Part shown: piece after piece, positions 46,422-56,800 of the stretch
Layout: the number at the start of each line of letters is the position of its first letter
How positions within the stretch are numbered: the first letter of the stretch is position 1
Assembly (NCBI GenBank): GCA_030672305.1
Contig: DAOVGR010000014.1
Coordinates: forward strand, 10,510 to 74,509
From: Thermoplasmatales archaeon
Lineage (GTDB): Archaea > Thermoplasmatota > E2 > DHVEG-1
Reading direction: 5' to 3'
DNA length: 64,000 nt
Made by a program: the position numbers and the translations under genes
Notes under the pieces: generated by a model
The model's input: only the letters and a program-made list of their open reading frames with translations
Database searches by the model: none
What the model was told of the DNA's origin: nothing

Positions 46422-49247
46422 TTGAAAGATATTACAATAAAGGGAGCTAGAGAACATAATCTTAAAAATATTAACTTAGTAATCCCTAGAGATAAGTTTA
46501 TTGTAATTACTGGAATATCTGGTTCTGGAAAATCAACTCTTGCATTTGATACTATATATGCAGAAGGGCAACGCCGTTATGTTGAATCACTTTCTGCTTA
46601 TGCAAGACAGTTTTTAGGACTGATGCATAAACCTGATGTTGATAGCATTGAAGGTCTTTCTCCTGCAATTTCAATTGAGCAAAAATCAACAAGTAAAAAT
46701 CCACGTAGTACTGTAGGAACTATTACAGAAATATATGATTACCTTAGACTTCTTTATGCAAGGGCTGGTACTCCTTATTGCCCAGAACATAATTTAAAAA
46801 TTGAATCTCAATCTCCTGAAAAAATTTCAAAAAGAATTGGTGAAGATTTTAAAGGTATGATAACAATTCTTTCCCCTATTATTCGACAGAAAAAGGGAAC
46901 ATATGAACAACTTTTTACAGATTTAAATAAAGAAGGTTGGACAAAAGTACGTGTTGATAAAGCTATATATCGAACAGATGAGACAATAACCTTGGACAGA
47001 TACAAAAAGCATGATATTGAAATCGTAATTGATAGGTTTAAAAATGAAGATAAAACAAGACTTGCTGAAGCAACTGAAAATTCCTTAAAAAAATCAGATG
47101 GATTAGTTATCGTTCTAGATAAAAAAGGAAATGAAAAATTGTATTCTTCAAAAATGGCTTGCCCAAAGTGTGGAATGGTTTTTGAAGAACTTCAACCACG
47201 TATGTTTTCATTTAATAGTCCATTTGGAGCCTGTGAAAAATGTCATGGTCTTGGAATTAGAATGGACTTTGATCCAAATCTTATAATTCCTGATAAGGAG
47301 CTATCAATTGCAGATGGAGCTATAAAACTTTATAGAAATGCAATTGATGGCTGGCGGATTAAATTTTTAGGTTCAGTTGCCAAACATTTTGGTTTCGATA
47401 TATTCACTCCAATTGCAGATCTTAATGAGGAGCAATATGATGTTTTAATGTATGGTTCTCCTGAAAAAATACATTTTAACATGACCTCTAGTACCAAAGA
47501 TGCTCAATGGTCAGGAATGAGTTCTTGGGAAGGATTCATACCTCAATCTGAAAGACTTTATAAACAAACTGAATCTGAATATCGCAGAAGAGAGCTTGAA
47601 AGATTCATGAGGATTTCACCATGTCCAGTTTGTAATGGTAAAAGACTCAAACAAAAAGTGTTATCAGTAAAGATTACTGATAAATCAATAATTGATTTAA
47701 CAGATATGTCAATAAAACAAGCTATAATATTTTTCAAGACATTGATACTATCAAAAAAACAAGAGGAAATTGCATGGCAGATCTTAAAAGAAATAAAGGT
47801 TCGGCTTGATTTTCTTGACAAGGTTGGACTTAACTATTTAACCCTATCAAGAAGCTCTGGTACTCTTTCAGGAGGGGAAGCGCAAAGAATTAGACTTGCG
47901 ACCCAGATTGGATCTAATTTGATGGGTGTTGTATATATTCTTGATGAACCCTCAATAGGACTTCATCAAAAGGATAATAAAAAACTAATTGACACACTCT
48001 ATAAGCTAAGAGATCTTGGAAATACTCTAATTGTTGTCGAGCATGATGAAGAAACAATTCGTCATGCTGATTACGTTGTGGATTTAGGACCTGGTGCTGG
48101 TCTTCATGGTGGGAAAATTATTGCTAAAGGAACTCCAGAAGAAATTGAAAAGCATCCTACATCATTAACAGGTAAATATTTGTCCGGAAAGCTTCAAATT
48201 CCGCTTCCAAAAAGTAGAAGAACATCAGATAAATTTTTACACATCTTTGGTTGTAGAGAACACAATCTAAAAAATGTAAATGTTCAAATCCCAATTGGTG
48301 TCTTAACCCTTATTACAGGTGTCTCTGGAAGTGGAAAATCAACTCTTGTTTATGATATTTTATTTAGAGGTCTTATGAGGAAAATCCATAATTCTAAACA
48401 AAATCCTGGAGATCATGATGCTATTGTTTTTGATGAGAAAATCGATAAAGTAATTGTTATTGATCAAAGTCCAATTGGAAAGACTCCTCGCAGTAATCCT
48501 GCTACTTATACCAAGGTTTTAGATGAAATTAGAAAACTTTTTTCAAAAACACCCGAAGCAAAAAGACGTGGTTATAAACCTGGTAGATTTTCTTTCAATG
48601 TTAAAGGTGGAAGATGTGAAGCATGCCAGGGCGATGGTCTAATAAAAATTGAAATGAACTTTTTACCTGACATTTACATAGAGTGTGAGGAATGCAAGGG
48701 AAAAAGATACAACAGTGAAACCCTTGAAGTAAAATTTAAGAGCAACTCAATTGCAGATATACTTAATATGAGTGTTGAAGAGGCTCTTGGTCTTTTCCAA
48801 AATATTCCATTTATTAAAAGAAAACTTGAAACTTTATCACAAGTTGGACTTAATTATATTAAGCTTGGACAGAGCTCAACAACACTAAGTGGAGGAGAGG
48901 CTCAAAGAATAAAACTTACAAGGGAACTTTCTAAAAAAAGCACAGGACGAACCATTTATCTTTTGGATGAACCAACAACAGGTCTTCATTTTCATGATGT
49001 AAAAAAGTTAATCGATGTGTTGAATAGTCTTGTTGATAAAGGAAATACCGTAGTAGTTATTGAGCATAATCCAGATGTAATTAAATCTGCAGATAACATA
49101 ATTGATCTAGGTCCTGAAGGTGGTGACCTTGGAGGTAAAATTATTGCAAGTGGAACACCTGAAGAGGTTTCACAAAATTCTAAAAGTTATACTGGTGAGA
49201 TTCTGAAACCATTTTTTAAGGATAAGGAAAAATGTTTGACACAATGA
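46422..49247 (+). CDS. uvrA: Excinuclease ABC subunit A
   Basis: Two ABC domains (GSGKS, LSGGEAQRI) and zinc fingers. Confidence 0.98.
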   Translation: MKDITIKGAREHNLKNINLVIPRDKFIVITGISGSGKSTLAFDTIYAEGQRRYVESLSAYARQFLGLMHKPDVDSIEGLSPAISIEQKSTSKNPRSTVGTITEIYDYLRLLYARAGTPYCPEHNLKIESQSPEKISKRIGEDFKGMITILSPIIRQKKGTYEQLFTDLNKEGWTKVRVDKAIYRTDETITLDRYKKHDIEIVIDRFKNEDKTRLAEATENSLKKSDGLVIVLDKKGNEKLYSSKMACPKCGMVFEELQPRMFSFNSPFGACEKCHGLGIRMDFDPNLIIPDKELSIADGAIKLYRNAIDGWRIKFLGSVAKHFGFDIFTPIADLNEEQYDVLMYGSPEKIHFNMTSSTKDAQWSGMSSWEGFIPQSERLYKQTESEYRRRELERFMRISPCPVCNGKRLKQKVLSVKITDKSIIDLTDMSIKQAIIFFKTLILSKKQEEIAWQILKEIKVRLDFLDKVGLNYLTLSRSSGTLSGGEAQRIRLATQIGSNLMGVVYILDEPSIGLHQKDNKKLIDTLYKLRDLGNTLIVVEHDEETIRHADYVVDLGPGAGLHGGKIIAKGTPEEIEKHPTSLTGKYLSGKLQIPLPKSRRTSDKFLHIFGCREHNLKNVNVQIPIGVLTLITGVSGSGKSTLVYDILFRGLMRKIHNSKQNPGDHDAIVFDEKIDKVIVIDQSPIGKTPRSNPATYTKVLDEIRKLFSKTPEAKRRGYKPGRFSFNVKGGRCEACQGDGLIKIEMNFLPDIYIECEECKGKRYNSETLEVKFKSNSIADILNMSVEEALGLFQNIPFIKRKLETLSQVGLNYIKLGQSSTTLSGGEAQRIKLTRELSKKSTGRTIYLLDEPTTGLHFHDVKKLIDVLNSLVDKGNTVVVIEHNPDVIKSADNIIDLGPEGGDLGGKIIASGTPEEVSQNSKSYTGEILKPFFKDKEKCLTQ

Positions 49248-50782
49248 ATCTACCAAATGAACCTGGATGTTATCTTTTCAAAGATAAAAATGAAAATGTG
49301 ATCTATGTTGGAAAGGCAAAGAATCTTAAAAAAAGAATTAAGCAATATAGCAAGAAAAATGATTTTGATATTAAAACTCAATCAATGCTCAATTACATAA
49401 AATCAGTTGATTTTGTCGCAACTGATAATGAAGTTGAAGCATTAATTCTTGAAAATACCTTAATTAAGAAATATCAACCAAAATACAATATTAGATTAAA
49501 AGATGCAAAGACACATTCATATATCCTTTTAACCGATGAAAAATATCCTCGGATTTTAATCGCTAGACAAAAAAACGAAAAGGGTAAATATTTTGGACCA
49601 TTTGTATCTGCGACTGAACGCGATTATGTCTTACGATTTCTAAAAAAAACGTTTTTAATAAGGTCTTGCAAAAGACTTCCTAAAAAAGCATGTTTAAGAT
49701 ATCATATTAACCTTTGTGAAGCACCATGTATAGGTCTTATTTCTCAAAAAGATTATGAAAATAAAATTGAAAATGTAAAACTTATTCTAACTGGTCATAC
49801 AGATAAACTTATCAAAAAATTAAAGACAGATATGAAATCTTTTTCAAACAATAATTATTTTGAAAGTGCACTAAAAATACGAAATCAGATAACTGCTATT
49901 GAACATCTTAATGAACGTCAAAATATGCAGCGTGAGAAAAAATATAATGAGGATATTATAAACTATGAAATAAAAGATGATAAAGTGTATCTCATGCTTT
50001 TTAATATCTATAAGGGAACTCTCAATAATAAAGTTGATTTTGTTTTTGATTATAATTCTGATTTTCTTGAGGAGTTCATTGTTCAATATTATTCAGATAG
50101 TCCTGTTCCAAAGGACCTTATCTTACCAATAAAACTGTCTGATTCAATAGCAACTTTTCTTGAAAATTTGAAAGGAAGTAAAGTAAAAATAATCAAACCT
50201 GAGAAAGGGGAGAAAAGACAACTTTTAAATCTTGTTTTGAAAAATATTGAAATTACATTTTTTGCAGATATTGACAAGGTTGAAACCTTAAAAACTAAAT
50301 TAAATCTTCAGGAAAATCCAAATGTAATCGAATGTTTTGATATCTCTCATTTGTCTGGTACTTCTACTGCTGGTTCAATGGTTCAATTCAGAAATGGTAA
50401 ACCTGATAAGAGCAATTATCGAAGATTTAAAATTCGAAGTGTTGAAGGAATTGATGATACAGCAGCAATTGCTGAAGTGGTTAGACGAAGATATTTCAGG
50501 CTTAAATCCGAGGATGCGGATCTACCTGATTTAATAATTATCGATGGAGGTAGAGGTCAATTAAACTTTTCTCTTCAGGAACTTGTTAAACTTGATTTAA
50601 AAATACCAATAATTTCCATTGCAAAACAATTTGAAGAAATCTATCTTCCAGGTAGAATACTACCATTAAGAATATCAAAAAAAGACAAAGCACTTCAATT
50701 CATACAAGAAATAAGGGATGAGGCTCATCGTTTTGCAATAAAATATAATCGTCTTCTACGTAAAAAAGAGTTGATTTCATGA
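49232..50782 (+). CDS. uvrC: Excinuclease ABC subunit C, lacking the C-terminal HhH domain
   Basis: GIY-YIG (PGCY...IYVGKAKNL), ECFDISH, IIDGGRGQL and RDEAHRFA motifs. Confidence 0.96.
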   Translation: MFDTMNLPNEPGCYLFKDKNENVIYVGKAKNLKKRIKQYSKKNDFDIKTQSMLNYIKSVDFVATDNEVEALILENTLIKKYQPKYNIRLKDAKTHSYILLTDEKYPRILIARQKNEKGKYFGPFVSATERDYVLRFLKKTFLIRSCKRLPKKACLRYHINLCEAPCIGLISQKDYENKIENVKLILTGHTDKLIKKLKTDMKSFSNNNYFESALKIRNQITAIEHLNERQNMQREKKYNEDIINYEIKDDKVYLMLFNIYKGTLNNKVDFVFDYNSDFLEEFIVQYYSDSPVPKDLILPIKLSDSIATFLENLKGSKVKIIKPEKGEKRQLLNLVLKNIEITFFADIDKVETLKTKLNLQENPNVIECFDISHLSGTSTAGSMVQFRNGKPDKSNYRRFKIRSVEGIDDTAAIAEVVRRRYFRLKSEDADLPDLIIIDGGRGQLNFSLQELVKLDLKIPIISIAKQFEEIYLPGRILPLRISKKDKALQFIQEIRDEAHRFAIKYNRLLRKKELIS

Positions 50783-52710
50783 ATGAATTTAAACTTGTAA
50801 GTGATATGGAGCCAAAGGGTTCTCAACCTGAGGCAATAAAAAAACTTGTTGAAGGTCTAAAAAGAGGTGAAAAGTTACAGACACTTCTTGGTACAACGGG
50901 ATCTGGAAAAACTTTTTCAATGGCAAAAATAATTGAGAAAATACAGAGACCAACACTTGTTCTTGCACATAACAAGACTCTTGCAGCTCAACTTTTTTCT
51001 GAATTCAAAGAATTCTTTCCAGAAAACAGAGTCGAATATTTTGTTTCATATTATGATTATTACCAACCAGAGTCATATATTCCTTCTAAAGACCAATACA
51101 TTGAAAAAGATGCAGATGTAAATCCAAAAATAGAACAGATGAGACTTGCTGCTACTGCATCTGTTTTATCTCGTGAAGATGCAATTGTTGTTGCCTCTGT
51201 TTCTTGTATTTATACTGTTGGAAATCCAACTGATTTTATGTCACTTGGTTACGAGTTTAGAAAGGAATTTAATGTTAATAGAAGTGAAATTCTCGAGCGC
51301 CTTGTTGATATGCAATACGAACGAAATGACCTGTCTCTTGCACCTGGAAGATTTAGAGTAAAAGGCGATACAATTGATCTGATTCCTGGTTATTATGACA
51401 ATATAATTCGAATTGAGCTTTTTGGTAATGAAATCGAAAAGATATCTGAAATCGATAAGATAACTGGTAACATAATTGATGATTTAGATTATATTTTTGT
51501 TTATCCTGCAAAGCATTTTGTTATTAGAGAAGATAAAAGAAATCGTGCAATTGAAGCAATAAAACAAGAACTTGAAGAAACCCTTCCAAAGCTTGACATG
51601 ATTGAAGCTCATAGACTGAAACAGAGAACTCTTTATGATATAGAAATGCTTGAAGAAACAGGTTTTTGCAAAGGAATTGAAAATTATTCACGACATTTCG
51701 ACGGCAGAAAACCTGGTGAAAAACCATATTGTTTTCTTGATTATTTTCCTAAAGATTTCTTAATGTTTATTGATGAAAGCCATAGAACAATACCACAGAT
51801 TCATGGAATGAATCATGGTGATCATTCTCGAAAAAAGGCTCTTATAGACTATGGTTTTAGACTCCCTAGTGCTTTTGATAATCGGCCTCTTACCTATGAT
51901 GAATTTTTTGATTATATGAAAAATGTAATTTTTGTATCTGCAACACCTGGTGATTATGAGCTTGGTATTTCCAAGTCCATTGTCGAACAGATCATTCGAC
52001 CTACAGGTCTTGTTGATCCTCCTGTTGAAATAAGAAAAACAAAAGGACAAATCGATGATTTAATTTCTGAAATAAATTCCACAATTGCTCGTGGTGATAG
52101 AGTCCTTGTAACAACACTTACTAAACGACATGCTGAAGAACTTTCTGAATTTTTAGCTGAAAAAGAAATCAAAACTAGATATCTCCATGCAGAAATAGAC
52201 ACCCTTGAGAGATCTGAAATTATAAGACATCTTCGTCTAAGAAGATTTGACGTATTAGTTGGAATTAATCTACTCAGGGAAGGTCTTGATATTCCTGAAG
52301 TTGGTTTTATAGGAATTCTTGATGCAGATAAAGAAGGATTTTTACGTGACCATAGAAGTCTCATTCAAATAATTGGAAGAGCAGCAAGAAACGTTAATTC
52401 AAAAGTGGTGCTATATGCAGATAATATAACAGATTCAATTAAGAGAGCACTTGATGAAACAATTAGAAGGCGAAATATGCAAATTGTTTTTAATAAAAAA
52501 CATAATATAACTCCAACAACAATTATTAAACCGATAAAAGAAAAGATAATAGATGTAAAAGATGTAAAGCATATTCCTAAAAAAGATATTCCAAATATGA
52601 TAGTTGATCTCGAAATTGAGATGAGAAAGGCAGCAGATGAACTAAATTTTGAAAAAGCAATTTATCTAAGAGATAGAATTAATAGGTTGAAACAAACAAT
52701 TAGAATATAA
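50779..52710 (+). CDS. uvrB: Excinuclease ABC subunit B
   Basis: GTTGSGKT, YYDYYQPE, DESH and UVR domain. Confidence 0.98.
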   Translation: MNEFKLVSDMEPKGSQPEAIKKLVEGLKRGEKLQTLLGTTGSGKTFSMAKIIEKIQRPTLVLAHNKTLAAQLFSEFKEFFPENRVEYFVSYYDYYQPESYIPSKDQYIEKDADVNPKIEQMRLAATASVLSREDAIVVASVSCIYTVGNPTDFMSLGYEFRKEFNVNRSEILERLVDMQYERNDLSLAPGRFRVKGDTIDLIPGYYDNIIRIELFGNEIEKISEIDKITGNIIDDLDYIFVYPAKHFVIREDKRNRAIEAIKQELEETLPKLDMIEAHRLKQRTLYDIEMLEETGFCKGIENYSRHFDGRKPGEKPYCFLDYFPKDFLMFIDESHRTIPQIHGMNHGDHSRKKALIDYGFRLPSAFDNRPLTYDEFFDYMKNVIFVSATPGDYELGISKSIVEQIIRPTGLVDPPVEIRKTKGQIDDLISEINSTIARGDRVLVTTLTKRHAEELSEFLAEKEIKTRYLHAEIDTLERSEIIRHLRLRRFDVLVGINLLREGLDIPEVGFIGILDADKEGFLRDHRSLIQIIGRAARNVNSKVVLYADNITDSIKRALDETIRRRNMQIVFNKKHNITPTTIIKPIKEKIIDVKDVKHIPKKDIPNMIVDLEIEMRKAADELNFEKAIYLRDRINRLKQTIRI

Positions 52711-52791
52711 CCTAAATCAAATAAGATTTATCACTAATAAGATTTATAAATCAGCATTATATTATAAAATTATAATTATGAGGGAAGTAAA

Positions 52792-53649
52792 ATGAAGAAA
52801 AATTTAATAGTAGGTTTACTTATTTTTATGTTAGCAATTCCCAGTTTTATTACATCTGCTGAGCATACTGGCACTGTTAAATCAACCATAAATTTAGATG
52901 ATGATGTACCTATCTGGAATGTTGGTGACAGTTGGACCTTTGCAATTAGTGAATTTTCTGTTGATTATACATATGAGGATTTGAACATTGTTATGAACGG
53001 GAAAATTGATGATTTTAAATGGACAGTTTCTGATACAAGTGGTTCTTCATACATAGTTGATGTTTCTGGAAAAGTAACTGCATCTTTTGAAGCTGCTTTT
53101 CCATTAGGTGGAAATGTTTTAAATGTTAATGGTGATATTAAACCAACACTGAATAAAATAACAGGAACAATTGTTTTTACCAAATCTAACCTGGAGATTG
53201 AGGATTTTAATGCTGCGATAAAAGGTATTGCAAACGTACAAATTCATCCGATACCAATAAAGCTTCCTTTACCAATTAAAATATCTGCTAATGCTGATTT
53301 AAGTACAGTTTTTCCATTGTTTAGTTTTCCGCTGCATGTATTAAAATTCTGGTCTATGCCTGATATTGATATAGCAATGCATACAAGTTTTGGAGGGATA
53401 TTTGGCCTTATCAAGATTCCAATAACATTTAATACCCATTATTCCTGGACGCCCTTTGCATTTTCAATCCTAGTTAAAGAAAGTGTTACTGTTCCTGCAG
53501 GAACCTATGATGCGTGGAGAATTCAATCAATAATCGGTGATTACTTTGAATACTATTATGCACCAGTCGTTGGAAATCTAGTAAAAATCGATGTCAATAT
53601 GCCCCGCGGTGGGATACAAGGAGAATTAATAGATACAAACTATTCATAA
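52792..53649 (+). CDS. Secreted hypothetical protein (beta-rich)
   Basis: Signal peptide; PIWNVGDSW and ESVTVPAGTY...YYAPVVGNLVK. Confidence 0.75.
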   Translation: MKKNLIVGLLIFMLAIPSFITSAEHTGTVKSTINLDDDVPIWNVGDSWTFAISEFSVDYTYEDLNIVMNGKIDDFKWTVSDTSGSSYIVDVSGKVTASFEAAFPLGGNVLNVNGDIKPTLNKITGTIVFTKSNLEIEDFNAAIKGIANVQIHPIPIKLPLPIKISANADLSTVFPLFSFPLHVLKFWSMPDIDIAMHTSFGGIFGLIKIPITFNTHYSWTPFAFSILVKESVTVPAGTYDAWRIQSIIGDYFEYYYAPVVGNLVKIDVNMPRGGIQGELIDTNYS

Positions 53650-53689
53650 TTGTAAAAATTCAATATTTTTACAAGGGTAGAATATCCAA

Positions 53690-54916
53690 ATGCGAAATAA
53701 AATATTAAGTAAACTAGTATGTGTATTTTTGATAATGAGCATTATCTGTTCCTTTTCAGGAAATGTTATTTCTTTTAATAATATTGGTAAACAAACAAGT
53801 ATTGAAAATGAAAACCTGTACAACCAATTTATTTTAAAAGATCTTATGGGTAAAGGAAAAACATGCTATGGGTATCAAGCGTATCCCAATCCAGATCTTC
53901 TTCTTTCTTTTGATATGGATGATCCAGAAACCCTCAGTACAATTGGTACACCAATTACATCTGATAAAATAGCTGGTGGAACTTGGGTTGATGGTGTTTG
54001 GTGGTGTTGCGAATATTCAGCAGTAAGTAATTCGAAAATATGGACAATAGATCATTTAACTGGTGATATGATACTTATTGGAGAATCTGGTGAAGGATTT
54101 AATGGATTGGCTTATGATGATACAACGAGTATAATGTATGCATGTAGTTCAACTCATCTTTTTTCTATTGATATGGAAACTGGTGCTGCAACAATGATTG
54201 GTTCTTTTGGTATAAGCGGTTGTGTTATGGTTGGAGTCGCATGCGATGGATTTGGTAAAATGTACGGAGAAGATCTACATACTGATAGTCTTTATTCGAT
54301 AGATCCCTTAACTGGTATTGCTACGCTTATTGGACCATTTGGTCTTGATCTTAACTATGGTCAAGATATTGCCTTTGATAAAGAAAGTGGTATTTGTTAT
54401 TTATCTGCATTTTCTGTTCATGAAGGTAATGAAGGTGCATTATATACTTGTAATCTTACCTCTGGAGCGACAACAAAGATAGGCAACTTTGGATCAGTAC
54501 CTACCCAAATAACTGGATTTGTTATTCCATACATTCTAAATAATCCTCCATCTGCTCCAACAATAGATGGTCCTAATAGTGGAAAAATTGGAGAAACGTA
54601 TTACTATACTTTTATGAGTAGAGATCCAGATGGAGATGATGTTTGGTATCACTTATGTTGGGGTGATAAAGAAATCATATACATTTATGGACCATATCCT
54701 TCAGGCGAGGAATTAACGTTATCATATAATTGGTCTGAAATTGGAACATATGTTATCACCTGTTGGGCAAGAGATATATATGACAATACAAGTGAAATTT
54801 CAACATTTGAAGTCACTATGCCAAGGAACAAAATAATTACTAATTCGTGGTTACAATGGTATTTAGGACGATTACCAATTTTTGAAAGACTGCTAGCTTT
54901 AATCAAAGTTTTATAG
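53690..54916 (+). CDS. Secreted beta-propeller-like protein with PKD-like domain and PRN tail
   Basis: Signal peptide; repeated (L/I)(Y/F/W)xIDxxTGxxTxIG blades; PPSAPTIDGP...DPDGD module. Confidence 0.8.
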   Translation: MRNKILSKLVCVFLIMSIICSFSGNVISFNNIGKQTSIENENLYNQFILKDLMGKGKTCYGYQAYPNPDLLLSFDMDDPETLSTIGTPITSDKIAGGTWVDGVWWCCEYSAVSNSKIWTIDHLTGDMILIGESGEGFNGLAYDDTTSIMYACSSTHLFSIDMETGAATMIGSFGISGCVMVGVACDGFGKMYGEDLHTDSLYSIDPLTGIATLIGPFGLDLNYGQDIAFDKESGICYLSAFSVHEGNEGALYTCNLTSGATTKIGNFGSVPTQITGFVIPYILNNPPSAPTIDGPNSGKIGETYYYTFMSRDPDGDDVWYHLCWGDKEIIYIYGPYPSGEELTLSYNWSEIGTYVITCWARDIYDNTSEISTFEVTMPRNKIITNSWLQWYLGRLPIFERLLALIKVL

Positions 54917-55062
54917 ATTATTTAGTGTTGAATTTGATACAAATACAATAATTATTTTATTTATGACATTTGTTACAATTAACTTCTAATGAGAAAATAT
55001 TTAAATCTAAGAAATATATATATACCTCACCAAATCTTATTATTTGGGGAGGAAATAAAGCA

Positions 55063-55524
55063 ATGAAAAAAATCCTAACAGCAATAGTACTGTGTATTTT
55101 TATTCTAAGTGGATTCAGAGCTATTGCTATTCCTCACGAAAAACTAATTGAAAATAAACCTTTGAATATACAAGGCTTTCAACTTGAAATAATAATTGAG
55201 GGTGGATTTTTAGGATATACTGTTACAGTAATAAACACTGGAGCAGAACAAGTAAGAGGTAATTTAACAATTGAAATAACGACAGATACAATGGTTGTGC
55301 TATTCGGAGCAACCTTATCAGAAGAGTCTTTTTTAGATCTCAATCCAATAAATGGAATTGATACTTTCAAGCTACAACCTCTTATTGGATTTGGTTCAGC
55401 ATCAATTATTATATCAGGCGTTTTTCAAAATGAAATTGAAGAATACCCATTTGAAACAATATCAAATGGTTATGCGTTCCTCATCTATATCCTGTGTGAT
55501 AAAACATCAATATTTATACCATAG
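55063..55524 (+). CDS. Secreted hypothetical protein
   Basis: GGAGG SD plus MKKILTAIVLC signal peptide. Confidence 0.7.
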   Translation: MKKILTAIVLCIFILSGFRAIAIPHEKLIENKPLNIQGFQLEIIIEGGFLGYTVTVINTGAEQVRGNLTIEITTDTMVVLFGATLSEESFLDLNPINGIDTFKLQPLIGFGSASIIISGVFQNEIEEYPFETISNGYAFLIYILCDKTSIFIP

Positions 55525-55736
55525 TATCTATGGAAAACTAAGATACTGTTTTCTTTTTTTATCTGATAACTATTGAAATGAAATCAGAAAATTTGCTATG
55601 TAATTTCATTTTGACATTTTGACACGATGGGTTTAAATATAATCAGTGTCAAAGAGTAGCACGCCCATAGAGGGGTGATAGGGATATTTGATATCTGTAA
55701 TCTTCTCTTTTGGGAAGTGTTTAAGAAGGAAGAAAA

Positions 55737-55946
55737 ATGGAAAAAAAATGTATGGAAAGATTGGTAGGAAAACACTGTAAAATTGTAACAAAAGAACCTG
55801 GTGAAGATATAGCTCATGTTGTTTTTGGTATGGTTACGCTTATTGACTATAATGCAGGATTTGTGATAATTGAATCTAATCGAGGTACAGGATGCCTCAA
55901 TATGAAAACAATAGAAGCAATTAAACCTAGCAGTAAAAAGGTTTAA
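55737..55946 (+). CDS. Small protein with possible Sm/LSm-like fold
   Basis: LVGKHCKIV...GMVTLIDY..GFVII...IEAI pattern; own TATA box. Confidence 0.6.
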   Translation: MEKKCMERLVGKHCKIVTKEPGEDIAHVVFGMVTLIDYNAGFVIIESNRGTGCLNMKTIEAIKPSSKKV

Positions 55947-56059
55947 CCATTTCTTTTTTTTCTTTTTATATTATAAATAAATATCACATAATTTCTACTA
56001 TTGTAATACTTATAAATGATTAAATTATTGCATATAGTAGAAAGGGAGGAAAATAAGCT

Positions 56060-56644
56060 ATGAAAAAAATAATTGGAATTTTTATTTGTATGCTGTTGAT
56101 TACAATTATTTTACCAATAGCTGTAACTGCAGGTGATGAAACAAATCCAGAAATTGTTGATAATGTAGGGGACACTCCATTAAGCTTGTTAGATATTGAA
56201 TCAGCATGGTTTTTTGAAATGGAAGAGGAACCTGATTATTTGTTTATTGCCATGAAAATACTTTTTTTAAAGGAGAATTATAACGCTGTATTCTCGATTC
56301 GTTGGTCTTATGACGGAAATGATTATGCTGCCGGTGTAAATACCTTTAGTTTTAGAGATACTATCTTTCGCTGTGGCTTACCAAAACGTGCAACCTATTG
56401 GCAGTGGAATAGTATGCCTAAATGTGAGGGACAAATTGATATAGAAGATGAAATAATTACCTGGAAGATACCAAAAAGTACTATTGGTGATCCTCAACCA
56501 GGTGATGTTTTAACCAACACAAAAGCAAATGCAGTACCAGGATTTCCATTGAGTGTTCTATACTTTATATTACAATTTGATTATCGGGATTTCGCTCCTG
56601 ATAATTATGGGGAGTTTGGACTAAATTACATTGTAAAATACTAA
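56060..56644 (+). CDS. Secreted hypothetical protein
   Basis: MKKIIGIFICMLLI signal peptide; PEIVD..GD...DIESAWF and ITWKIPK..IGDP..GD. Confidence 0.75.
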   Translation: MKKIIGIFICMLLITIILPIAVTAGDETNPEIVDNVGDTPLSLLDIESAWFFEMEEEPDYLFIAMKILFLKENYNAVFSIRWSYDGNDYAAGVNTFSFRDTIFRCGLPKRATYWQWNSMPKCEGQIDIEDEIITWKIPKSTIGDPQPGDVLTNTKANAVPGFPLSVLYFILQFDYRDFAPDNYGEFGLNYIVKY

Positions 56645-56800
56645 AACTAATTTCTTTTTTTTATTTTTTATACCATAAAATTGAGCAATTATTGAAATTG
56701 AAATCTAGTAGCTAATTTATTTTAGAAAGAAAAGTTTGTGATAGCAGGTAGCATTTATATATCACTCCATCTATTATAATATATTAGGGAGACTTTTAAA

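Noticed and set aside
35404-52710. Bacterial-type class II HMG-CoA reductase and uvrABC as novel horizontal transfers
   Set aside because: Both are already well known in several archaeal lineages
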